This document shows, piece by piece, positions 28,690 through 41,565 of a DNA stretch of 64,000 nucleotides. Source of the DNA: Cycas panzhihuaensis (lineage: Eukaryota; Plantae; Cycadophyta); NCBI GenBank assembly GCA_023213395.1, contig CM041465.1, forward strand, positions 154,697,741 through 154,761,740. Reading direction: 5' to 3'. The notes beneath the pieces are model-generated. The model saw nothing but the letters and a program-made list of their open reading frames with translations, was not told the origin of the DNA and ran no database searches. Each line of letters begins with the position of its first letter. Position 1 is the first letter of the stretch. The translations under genes and the position numbers were made by a program.

Positions 28690-31600
28690 TCTAAAAGTCC
28701 AATCTTATCTCTCAAATATCTGAGTCTTTCTCTTCCAAGTGGTTTTGTCAGGAGATCTGTAACTTGTTCAGATGTCGGACAGTATTCCAAATCTATTTCT
28801 TTGTTCTGCACCTTTTCTCCTATAAAGTGATGATGAACTTCAATATGTTTTATTCTTGCATGCAGAATTAGATTTTTGGTTAGCTTGATGGCACTTTGGT
28901 TGTCACATTTTAGAGAAGTTGCTTCTTTCTGCTATTGATTCAAATCAAGTAAGAGTTGTCTTAACCAGATGGCTTCACAGGTTGCTGATGTGGCTGCTTT
29001 ATATTCTGCTTCTATAGAGGAGAGGGCCACTGTTGCTTGTTTCTTACTGCACCATGAGATTGCTGAAGCTCCTAAGAAAAAACAAAATCCACTTGTGGAT
29101 TTCCTTTGTTCTTTGTCGCCTGCCCAGTCTGAATCGCAATATCCTGTTATTTTGATTGGATGCCCCTTTGAATATACTAATTTGAGACCTCTTGTTCCCT
29201 TGAGATATCTTAGAACTCTTTTTGCTGCTTGCGAGTGTCTCAGCTTTGGATTTTGCATGTACCTTGATATTAGTCCTACTGAGTAGGATATGTCAGGTTT
29301 GGTGGCTGTCAAATAAATCAGACTTCCAATCATTTGCCTGTACAGGGTAACATCAGCATCTTTTTCCATACTATTTACTGTTAGATCGTAATTTGTTTCC
29401 ATGGGAGTGGTGCATGGATTGCAATTCTCCATCTGGAATCGAACAAGTAGACTTTTGATGTAATTACTTTGGGACAAGGTTATGTAATTTTGGTGTTGAC
29501 CTATCTCGAGTCCCAAGTAATAATTTAGTGAACCCAAGTCTGTCATTTCAAATTTTTGTTGAAGTTGATTTTTGATCCACTTGATTCCTTCTACATCATT
29601 CCCAGTAAGAAGCATATCATCCACATAAACAACAATTATTGTTATCTTGTTGTTTATTTTCCTTATGTACTGAGACTCAATTAGAATTATACTGAATGAA
29701 CTTATTTTCTTCAAGAAAGTGATCTAGTTTTGCATACCAGGCACGTGGGGCTTGCTTTAGACCATACAAGGCCTTTTTCAATTTGCAGACTAGATTTTCG
29801 TTTCCCTGTTCTGCATATCCATCTGGCTGTTGCATATAAATCTCTTCTTCTAGTTCACCGTTTAGGAAGGCACTCTTTACGTCCATCTAAGAGATTCCGC
29901 AGCCTTGGGCAGCAGCTAAGGGTATTACTGTCCTTACTGTGTTCATCTTTACTACTGGAGAAAAGGTCTCATCAAAATCTATACCTGCAGTTTGAGTGTA
30001 TCCTTTTGCAACTAACCTTGCCTTGTGTTTTTCAATTTTGCCATCAACTCCTTTCTTTGTTTTGTAAACCCATTTGCATTTTACAGTGGATTTATTAGCA
30101 GGTAGTTCTACTAATTCCCATGTTTGATTTTTCTTGATTGAATTTATTTCATTGTCCATTGCTTCTCTCCATTCTGGATGATCTTTTGCTTCGTCAAAAT
30201 TCTGTGGTTCAACCTTGCTTAGAAGAGCTTTTGACCTTTGCCCACGAGTTTTTTGTTCTAATACATTTCCTTCTTCAACAGTTTTGATATACTATTTTGG
30301 CAATTTTTTTTGTTTCTGTGGATCTCCTTTCTCGATTTTGTCTCCCTGATCAGTTGGTGATGATGGTCCTTCTTTTTCGATGATGTCTTCCTGACCTATT
30401 GTTGATGATGAATCAGCTTGTCCTTCTTCTAAATCATTTCCTTCTCCAGTTTCTTGAAGTTCTGAAGTAATTCCTGACTGACTTTCCTCATCTTCCTGTA
30501 CTATTCTATGTCCAGCAGTTCCCAATTCTTTTTCATTTTCTATTATTTTGATTTGTGAGAATTCATCTGAGCTATTTTCATTAAAGACGACATCTCTACT
30601 CACATAGATTCTATTTATTTTTGGATCTATGCACTTATATGCCTTTGAATTTTTACTATATCCTATTAAGACACATTCTATGCTTTTTGCATCTAATTTA
30701 GACCTCCTTTTATCAGGAATATGTAGAAATGCTTGACTGCCAAAAACTTTGAGAAAACTTACATCGGGTTTCTGACTTGTCCAAGCTTCTTACGAGTGGC
30801 GTTCTTGATGTTACGGTTGGACTTACATTTATCAAGTAGCATCTTTGTGCTAATCGCTCGCCTAGTATGTCTTTGATATTTTTGTTCCATACATCATGCT
30901 TCGAGCCATTTCCATCAAAGTTCTATTCTTTCTTTCAGCTACTCCATTTGACTGAGGAGTATAGGGAGTTGTAACTTGTCTATGAATTCCTCTATATTTG
31001 CAGTAATTTAGAAATTCGTTCGACATATATTCTCCTCCTCCATCTGACCTAATGCACTTGATTTTCATTCCTGATTCTAGCTCTACTTCTGCCTTAAATT
31101 CTTTAAGTGTTTCAAATACTTCAGACTTATTATGTAAAAAATATACCCAAACTTTTCGAGTGAAGTCATCAATGAAAGTTAAGAAATATCTGCATCCATT
31201 TATTGACAGAGGTGAAATTGGACCACAGATATCGTTGTGTATCATATCTAATTTAGACTGAGATTTCCAAGTGCTTTCTTTAAAAGGGAACCTATGCTGT
31301 TTCCCGAGTTGACAACCTTTACAAACAAATGTATCTGAAGATATATTAGGTAAACCATTTACCATTTCTGACTTTTCCATTTATTTAAGTGTGTCAATTG
31401 GGAGATGTCCATACCTTAAATGCCATACTTTATTATCGTTTAAGAGCGATTAAGCTTTTCTTCCAAAGGAAGTACAGGATTGTAAGTTTGTAAAGGTCAT
31501 TGCATCTGACTCCTTTTCCAACAGTTTTCCCATCTTTTTTCATATCTAAGATGTGGCAATTTCCTTCTTCATCGAAAATAGTCCTCAGTCCCTTTTTGCT

Positions 31601-32803
31601 CAATTGAGAGACTGAAAGGAGATTCATCTTTAGGTGCAGTACAAAAGAACATTTCCAATTTTTCTTTCATTTCCATTCAGGTTTACTGAAATGGTTCCAA
31701 TCCCTTTAATGTTAAGGGAGTACTTGTCACCTAGCTCCACTGACTTGTCCATATTGTATGGACTCATGGTTTGAAACCAGTCTTCCCAACTTGTCATGTG
31801 TTTAGAGGCTCACGAATCTATGTCTTAGAATGTCTTTGTCTTTCATTCCGTAACCAATCTTTGTGATGAAGCGGTTTCCTCTTCTTTGTCTTCTTCATCT
31901 TTTCTTTCTTTGTGTCCGTAGATAGGTCTTTTTCCTTTGTAAATTTCACTTCGTTTTTGTGGACACTGATAAGGATAGTGTCCACTCGTCATGATAGCCG
32001 CATATGTCGAAGATCCTGCAATTGTTGGCGAAGTGTCCAGCTCGCCCACAGTTGTAGCATATTCTATTTTCTCTGCTGCGTCCTCGTCCTCTGGAGTTTG
32101 ACCAGCGTCCTCGACCTCTAGAGACTGACATCCTGCTTGGTGCACGAAATTGTTGTCTTCCTCTTTGCCCAAGATTCAATCTGGATGCAAATGCATCTTC
32201 TAACTCTGTTGTATTTTCATATCTTTTGTTTCTCTGCTCCTGTCTTAACACTAGACCTGTCAGTTCATCAAGAGTTAATTTATCTAACCTATCAATGTTA
32301 GTGATAGTGTTAACAATCGTATCAAAAGATTTTGGCAGCCTTGCTGTTACAATTTCTATAATATCTTGTTCAGATATTATGCCTCCAGCACTCAGAAGAT
32401 TATTTCTCATAGTGATGATTTTATGCATAAATTCTTCCACTTCTTCATTTTCTTTCATATGGAGTTTGTACAACTCTTCTTTGAGTGTGATTATCCTCGC
32501 CTTATTCTTTTGACCATATAGGTTTTCCAGACATTTCCAAATTTCAGAAGCCTGGTTCAAATTTTCAACATAAATAAGGACAGAATCTGAAATAGACATT
32601 TTTAGAATGAGACTACCCATGTTATTCCTTTCAATCCAGCTTTTCAATTTGTCATCACCAGCAGGAGGATGTGTTTCCATTCCTTCAGCAATTTCCCAGG
32701 CGTCTTTCATCCTCAGAATGGTTTCCATTTTGATTTTCCACACATGGTAATTTGAACCAGTCAATTTTTCAGGTTCAGGCAAAGTAATGAGAGAGGAAGA
32801 CAT
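28690..32803 (-). pseudogene. copia gag-pol (Gag, protease, integrase, RT, RNase H) broken by several frameshifts and stops
   Basis: ORFs 31946-32803 (Gag, LTGSNYHVWK, CCHC), 30862-31380 (integrase, TPQSNGVAERKNRT), 29887-30159 and 29677-29886 ([20 protein letters not shown]), and 28932-29714 (YVDDML, DSDWAG). Confidence 0.95.
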
Positions 32804-33483
32804 TTTTTTTTTTTGTCAAAACCTGTTTTAGAGGCCTGTCCATACAGCTGTACGGAATTTCGTACAAAACCCTAGTTGTACGGCCAAAAATGAAGTGCAC
32901 CTCAAAATGTAGGTATTTCAGGCACCGTTCGGGATCTGAAGATGGATTCTCAAAATTCTTTTTCAAATGAGAGAAATCTGGGTTTAAATGGAAAACGGCG
33001 GCTAGGGCAGATTTCAGTTTTGAGAGAAAATCTGAAAATATACTGAATTAAATCCTTTGAAATGAGTTGCAAACTCAAATCTTTATTACTCTGAAGATTT
33101 GAGACAGATTTTACCCGATTTATAACGCAAATCGATGAGATTTCTGAGAAAATCTCAAGAAAAATGCGCAGACTGGTTTGGGGGCTTTTTGGCCTGCGAA
33201 ATGACCTCAGAAGAACTGGCTCCAGAAGAAAAGTGTGCTCAGCATCTTCAGATCTACCTCCCCACAAAATTTCACTTCGATCCGAGTACTTTGAAATTTT
33301 GTCATCCGTACAATTCCGTACAAGTCAAATGCAGTTACGCCTTGAAAAAAAATCTGTGATCTTTAACTTTCAAAAGACTGTCTACTGCTTTAATCTTCTT
33401 TTACACTCTTGACTGAGATGATTTACCAGAAGGAATTCACCAGAAGAAGAGAGACTAGATTAAACAGGCCTGCTCTGATACCA

Positions 33484-33700
33484 TGTTGAAAAACCAGAGC
33501 CAAGAATTGACAGAGAATGGAATGTACATCTTCTATTGAGATTCAAATTGTTTAAGTATACAAGAGTTATGAGTTGGTTACAACTACTAATGTAACCGAT
33601 CACTCAGATTCTGCCAAGTGGCAAGATCTCATAAGAGTATTTAAGGGTGGGTTCAACATGACCCCCTTTTCTGTCCTAGATAAAACATTATATCTCAACA
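33484..33700 (-). repeat. 5' LTR of element E
   Basis: TG..CA; near-identical to 28453-28669. Confidence 0.97.
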
Positions 33701-34118
33701 ATTTCACTTATGCATAAAATCTTGAGTTGCAGGAACCTATTTTCCAAACGAGTAGATTCGTTAGAAATATATTTTACCATTCTTCAATTTGGTATAATCT
33801 CATCTTAATCTGATATTATTTAGTATAACTTTGAAGTTGATCAACTTGAGCATCTGATTTATCCCAACAAGCTTGTCCTCTTAAATTTTTAAGGACTTCT
33901 TTCTTACAATTAAGTTTTATTTACCTTACTAATTACGCATGATACTTGTTTGAAGCTTTGATTTAGATTTTATATAGATTTTTCTAAACTAATTTGCAGT
34001 AGAAGATTAATCACATACACGTAAAGTAAGTGATAAGCTAAGTGGTCCTACATACCAAAACGGATACAATTCCCTATTTTAGAAGTTTTTTCTTAATATT
34101 TTTTTATCTTTTTAAAAG

Positions 34119-34590
<472 letters not shown>

Positions 34591-35173
34591 GATTTCCTAC
34601 CTTATATATCTTCATTATGGTCAAAAGGATTAATTATTCATCTTGCATTAAAAAACCTGGTCATTTCCTTACTCAAGCTAGTGTTTATCAATTTGAAAAT
34701 TCAAAAGCTTAGTTAAAAGATCTTCTCAATCTTTTCTATTTCTTCAAGAAGATTTTATTTCAAATCTGCATACTTAAAGATCTTGGTTACTTTGCATGAA
34801 AGATTTCATTATAAGATTGCTTATAAGTTCATCAATTTATTAAGCTTTTACTTTTTTCTAAGAGGCATATATTTTGTTGAAAAGTACATAACAGATCAAA
34901 AGTTCACTTGTTGAAAGCATCATTGATTTATTATTATACTTAAGGTTGCATATAGTACACTTTATTTCAAAGGAACATTTCATTTTAAAGGTATTATATC
35001 TTTTTTCTTAGAAGTTATTGATAAGACCACATCATTGATAACTTATTGGCATTATCTTGCATTATTTTTAGAATATATTTATCATCTACTTGCATTAGTA
35101 TTGAAATCATCTAAGTATTTGTCTACTTAAAAGTCATATTTTTTTCAATTATGTACTAAAGTTTTTTATACAA

Positions 35174-35880
35174 ATGGCAATGAATCTAAAATAAATACGA
35201 TTCTGTATATTTGATGGCCATGATTTTCAACAATGACCTAAAACCATGTAAACTTACTTTATCACAAATAGTCTTTGGAGATATATATAAGATGGATATG
35301 AACTTAATACTAAAGAAAACATAAAAAAGGACAATTAAGCCTTAGCTATATTATTTTGAACTATAAAAAATAATGGTTTTTCTAAAGTTTGTGGAATGAT
35401 GACATCCAAATCTGTATGAGACATCTTAGATTCTATTTATGGGGGAGAAACCCTCAATGTAAATGAATTTAACTATGATAATATTGTAGATGTAAGACAT
35501 ATGTCAAAGCAGGTTGTTTGTGATGTAAAGACTAAGGAAGAAAATTCAAGTCAAATGAATGATCACCTTATTGTACATGAAGATTATCCTTCATTTGAAG
35601 GGGAGAAACCTTATGAGAAATACTTGGTCTTGATCGTTACTCATAAAACAAAGATTCTAGATAATAAAGTTAAATTTGTAGTCATTCATCCCTATTTAAA
35701 TCAATCTACACTTACTTTGACATCATTTAAACCACTCAATGTTAAAGAGACACATAGGATGAGGTGAGTTGATGATAGTAAAGTTAGAGGACAAACATTC
35801 AAAGCTTTTTTAAAGTTTTATTTAAGTTCATGTTTCACAAGTTTAAAGAGAAGATAAAGATGTTTATGATGACCATTGAC
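35174..35880 (+). pseudogene. Chimeric copia remnant: gag N-terminus, pre-RT linker and RNase H tail (element D)
   Basis: KENIKKDN*ALAILF...DILDSIYGG, then KVKFVV..KPLNVKE, then KVLFKFMFHKFKEKI. Same layout as in B. Confidence 0.7.
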
Positions 35881-35888
35881 GGGGAAAA

Positions 35889-36213
35889 TGTTGGGTTAAT
35901 GCTCATCACATGACACCACCTTGGAGTATGGAGCACATAACCCTTCAAGGTAAGTCAGGTAAGATTTACTTAATGTTGCATATTATTTTATATTATTTTG
36001 AATTAGGGGTTGAGGAGATTTCCCTGCTCCCTCAAAAGTATAAATTTTACAGGTTCATTTCCTCTGGTGTTCATCAATACCACCTCTTGAAGAAATTTTG
36101 TATACTCTTGAGCAACAATGGGCTAATCAAAGTGATATTATTTGCATGTTTCAAATATGGATTGAGTTATTTTCTGTTTACTGCTCTACTTTGCATCTCC
36201 ATCATAATCTTCA
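35889..36213 (+). repeat. 3' LTR of element D
   Basis: Aligns with 26279-26603. Confidence 0.95.
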
Positions 36214-39200
36214 ATAAGTTTTCACATGTTCTTAAATTGGAAATAGGTTTTGTTCACTTTTTCTATCTCAATGGATTAGTTCCATTAAATTCAAGAAGTA
36301 GAACATTACTCACATTTGAAGCCATGGTATAAAAAAGAAGCTTGAAAAAATAAGGTAGTTAAGAGGGAAAATGCACCAAACAAAGGGTAATAACACTCAT
36401 AAATAACCCATTTCAACTAAGAGTTATCCTTAATAGAGAAATTACAACCACAAAAAAGTAGATTTGGCATTCGTTCAAGAGTAAAATTCTTAAATGAGTG
36501 ATTTTGTTACTTTTTATTCTTTAAACATAACATAAGAAGTTAGAGTAAGTTATTTGATTTAACTTTATACTAAATTTTTTTGTTATAAAATAGAATCAAA
36601 GATGCTCTTTGAATTATCTAATTTGAATCCTTTCAAATAAAGATTACAATGCAATATATGGTTTTGATAGTTGTTACCAAATTACTAAGTTACAATAAAA
36701 ATAGTGCATCTAAATAATAGATTTAATAGGACATAAAAGGTAGATATCCATTCTACCCTAGTTTTCAACTGTAGTGTTGATTTTTAGTTTCTCTAAATAT
36801 GACTTCTTAAAGTAATAATTTACTTTTTATATGGCTAACCCTCTTATAACAAGAAAATTAAATGGTTTCTCTACCTCTTGCTCTTAGGCTTCCTATTTGA
36901 GTTTGATTTAGGCCTCTTCTTCTTAGACTTTATTGGTTTTCTATAAAGTTTTATCCTCCAAAATTTTATCCTTAACTTCTAAATCTCTATCACCTTGAAC
37001 TTTAGCCTTTACCTCTAAAGACTTATCCTCCTCCTCTTATTTGTCCTTCATAAAAGTTTTGTCAATGTCTATCATTCCTGATTGTAGCCTTACTGACAAA
37101 AGCATTCTTTATTTTTTTTACTTAAATGATTTTTCTCCTCAACTATAAGTAAAATCTCACTTAATTCATTGACATTCATCTTAAATGGGCCCTTAGATTT
37201 TTCAATACTTATTGTCAACATATCAGTCTTCTTAATTTCATAAATATTTCACAAACTCTACTCAGAACTCATTGTTCACTTATTTATTTCCCTAAAGGAT
37301 TTGTTTAGTTAACTAAGCCTTGAATTTTAGAAATGTACTCAATGATATATTTATTATGGTTTATTATACTATTTTTAAATTTTATTCTTAATGTTTGTAA
37401 GTTGGTTGTTACTACTCCTTCATAAGCATTCTTAAGAATGCCCCAAGATTCTTAAGAAATTCATACTTTATTAACATAACTAAAAAAGTGTTCTTCAAGA
37501 GAACCAAAAATAAGTATGAAAACTTTATTATATCTCTTATTATTTTCCTTAAAGGCTTTCTTCTTATCAAGAGTTACGTTAGGATTTATCTTAGCACAAA
37601 CATCTTTTATAAGCTTTCACATGTTCTTAAAAATAAAATTAGGTCTTGTTCACTTTTTCTAACTCATATGATTAGTTCAATTAAATTTGAGAACTAGAGC
37701 ATTACTCATATTTCAAGCCATGGTGTAAAAAGGAAGATTGAAAAAATAAAAGGGTTAGGATAGAAAATGTACCAAATAAAGGGTAACGACACCCATAAAT
37801 AACCCACTTTAAATTAAGATATATCCTAATTTAAGACAATACAACTACCAAAAAGTAGATTTGGTATTAGTTCAAGAGGATAATTCTTAAATGAGTGATT
37901 TTGTTGTTCTTTGTCCTTTAAACATAAGATAAGAAGCAAGAGTAAGTTATTTGATTTAAATTTGACCTTAATTTTTTGTTATAAACTAGAATAAAAGATG
38001 ATTTTTAAATTATCTAATTGAAATCCTTTCAAAGAAAGATTATAATGCAATTAACTATTTTGATAATCACTACCAAATTACCAACTTACAACAAAAATAG
38101 TGCAACTAGATAATAGATTTAATAGGATATAAGAGGTAGAAATATATTCTACACTAGTGTTTAAAATATACTATTGACTTTTATTTTCTCTAAATATGAC
38201 TTCCTAAACTAATAATTACTTTCTATATGACCATCCCTCTTGTAATAAGAATATTAAATGTTTCTTCTACCTCTTTTTCTTAGGCTTCTTCCTCTTTGAG
38301 TTTGATTTATGCCTCCTCTTCTTAGACTTTGTTAGTTTCCTCTGAAGTTTTATCCTCCAAAATTTTCTCCTTGACTTTTAAAGTTTTATCACCTTGGACT
38401 TTGGCCTGTACCTCTGAAGACTTATCCTCTTCCTCTTATTTGTCCTTCATAAGAAATTTATCAATGTATATCATTCTTGATTGTATCATTGGTGATAAAA
38501 GCATTATTTAATTTTTAACTTGAATGCTTTTTCTCCTCAACTATAAGTAGAATCTCACTTAATTCATTGATTTTCATATTAAGAGGCCCTAAGATACTTT
38601 AATACTTATTATCACTATATCAATATTTTTAATTTCATAAACAATTACAAACTCTGCTAAGTAACTTGTTGTTCACTTATTTATTTCCCTAGAGATTTCA
38701 TCTAGTTAACTAAGCCATGAATTTTGGCAATGTACTCATGGATAGATTTGTTATGGTTTATTATACTATTTTTAAATTTTGTTCTAAGTGTTTATAATTT
38801 GATTGTTATTACTCCCTTATAATCATTCTTTAGAATGCTCCAAGCTTCTTTAGAAAATTTTACTTCATTAACATAAGGCAAAAAGTATTCCTCAAGAGTA
38901 GAAATAATAAGTACAAGAGCTTCATTATATCTCTTTTTATTTTCCTTAAAGGCTTTCATCTTATCAAGAGTTACATTAGGATTTATCTAAGCCTAAACAT
39001 ATTTTATAAGTTTTTACATGCTCTTAAAAATAAAAATAAGTTTTCTTCACTTTTTCTAACTCATATGATTGGTTTTATTAAATTTAAGAACTAGAACATC
39101 TCTCATATTTGAAGCCATGGTGTAAAAATTGAGCTTGAAAAAATAGGAAAGTCAAGAGAGAAAATACACCAAACAAAGGGCAACAACACTCACAAAGAAC

Positions 39201-40146
39201 CCATTTTAAGTTAAGATTTATCCCAAATTGAGACATTACAACTACCAAAAAGTAGATTTGGCATTAGTTCAACAGTGTAATTCTTAAATGAGTGATTTTG
39301 ATGCCTTTTGTCCATTAAACATAACATAAGAAGCTAGTGTAATTTATTTTATTTGACTTTAAACTAAATTTTTTGTTATAAAATAGAATCCAAGATGCTT
39401 TTTAAATTATCTAATTTAAATCCTTTTAAATAAAGTTTATAATGCAATGTATGGTTTTGAGAATTATTACCAAATTACCAAGTTATAACAAAATAGTGTA
39501 GCTAGATAAGAGATTTAATACAATATCAAACCAATTTTCTTAAATTTAGCCTTTATTATTTAGTACAAAACAAAACTCTAACTTAGTTATATAAAAACTC
39601 ATTTTGGAGTTTTCTGAATGATAAATACAATGGATTAGACATAATCAAATTATGATGTCATATAATAGATTTTTTATTAAAAGGGTACAACTTAGTAGTA
39701 TTTTTAATAAACTTGCTTTAGGAGAAAACAAGTTTGCTATAAAAATTGTTTCAACTTTAGATTTAATAAAAAAACCACTATAAAATAGAAACCAATGTAC
39801 TGAGGGAACCACTCATTTTGAAGGTCTTTATGTTGTGAGTATTATGGATTAATCAAAATAATAATCTAACAAATTTTAAACGAGTAATAACATAAATAAC
39901 ACATGTAGGTATAAGAAGTTCATCAATGGGATGAAAATTTGGTTTAGCCCCTTTATGTTTGGCTCTTTGGCATATGTAGAATTTATATATGACCTCTTCC
40001 TACTAGTGGCTTTAAGGTAAGCTTCAAAATAAAATTCAATATAGCTTAATATAAGTAAGATTTAGAAGAAGTAAATATATTTAATAATTTAAATTCTTTT
40101 ACCCTTTTTTTTTTTTTTTATATTACTATCACTTCTAATCTATTGT

Positions 40147-40491
40147 TGTTATTGTGGTAGTTATTTATTAAGATGCTTGTTAATGATAATATTGTGGTTT
40201 AACTAATGTGATTAACAAAATGGTGTGCATTATATAGAGAGTCACAACCCTTGCCAGTTGGCATTTCTTAGAAGGATTATAAATATCCTAGAGCCCTTAT
40301 ATATTCATATTAATCAAGTCGTAATCAATGTGATCAATAGATCTTTGTGGTGGGTTTTTTCTTGAAAGGGTTTCCCACGTAAGTCTTATATACTGTATAA
40401 CTTTTTTTTGTGTTTATATTATTTACTTGTTGTGTATGGTAAAAGATTTTGTAGATGTAAACATGTATACATTCATTCATATTTCTTAACA
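40147..40491 (+). repeat. 5' LTR of element F
   Basis: Aligns with 63200-63531. Confidence 0.88.
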
Positions 40492-41206
40492 TGGTATTAA
40501 AGTCATAGGGTCCTACATGGTTGAGGCCAAAGTTAGGTAGAGTGGTGAGATCATTAGTTGTTAAGTAATGTCATCAAAACCTAAGAATTTTTCTAAGGAC
40601 TTACCTTCTCCAATAACTAATAGGAGTAGGAACAACAATTAATGATAGTTAAGGAGTTGAAACTCATCTATCAACAAGGTTAAGGAATTGTTGGGATCAA
40701 AATTCAAACATGCAAGCCATTTTTTTAGAATGAGTTGGCTTGTTAGAGGTCATATAAATCTAATTGATAAACTGTCATATTATTTGAGGTTATCAGAGCA
40801 TATTCCAATCGAGATTCAGTAATGATGAGGATAACCAAAGTGGCATACAAGTAAGTTGGCCTTTTTCTTAATAAAACACCAGTAAATTTGACATAGAAAA
40901 TTATCATTTTACATTAACAAAGTCACATATCTTATTAGATGATGAGATTGAAACTTGTAAAGGTGGTTTTCTATTCTTAATAAGATTATTGGGTAGTATT
41001 GGTAGCTATACTTTTGATTTGTTGATGTGTATGGTTGTGTATTAATGGTGGGTGACTTTGTGTAAGTGTGTACCCTGCCTATTTATAACCATAAGTATAA
41101 ATACTAGTGAGAATAAGATTGAATGCCTTTATGTATTATTATTAGTCAATGTAGGTATGTTTTCACCAACTGTGTAGTGATTTAGAGTCCATTTAAGCTT
41201 GATTGG

Positions 41207-41565
41207 TGGAGTGTTTCCTTTTAGAAAATTAACCCTACAAATGCAGATTAATAGAAATGGAATCCAAATATCATCCTAAAGAGATAAAATATGCAAATAG
41301 AATACAAATTGAACACCAAAGGGAGTACCAAAGTACTTTCACTTTAGAAGATAATAATACTCAATAATATTTACAAGTGATATTTGATACTTTAAATATA
41401 CATAAGGGGGTCTTCTTCTTTATGATTCTATTAGTGGCCATAACAACCTTACATATTACTAATGGGCTTAGTAGCCCATGTACAAATCTCAATAACTAAC
41501 ATCAATCCAAAACCTTTTGGTGGCTCTCGCTTGCTAGTGATTAGAAAAAGTGGGGCTATATTATA
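41207..41565 (-). repeat. 3' LTR of element G
   Basis: Aligns with 46557-46915. Confidence 0.88.

Larger units (their letters stand above)
28453..33700 (-). mobile_element. Element E: young Ty1/copia (5.25 kb, short LTRs; possibly Ale-like)
   Basis: 217-bp LTRs at 28453-28669 and 33484-33700 differ by 3 C/T substitutions. Perfect TSD atttc (28448-28452 / 33701-33705). PBS complement gctctgatacca at 33472-33483 abuts the LTR. PPT complement ccccctctt at 28670-28678. The lineage is inferred from size only. Confidence 0.97.

Noticed and set aside
28969-32513. Plus-strand ORFs antisense to the gag-pol of E (and 18140-18647 in C)
   Set aside because: Shadow ORFs of the sense-strand coding frame.
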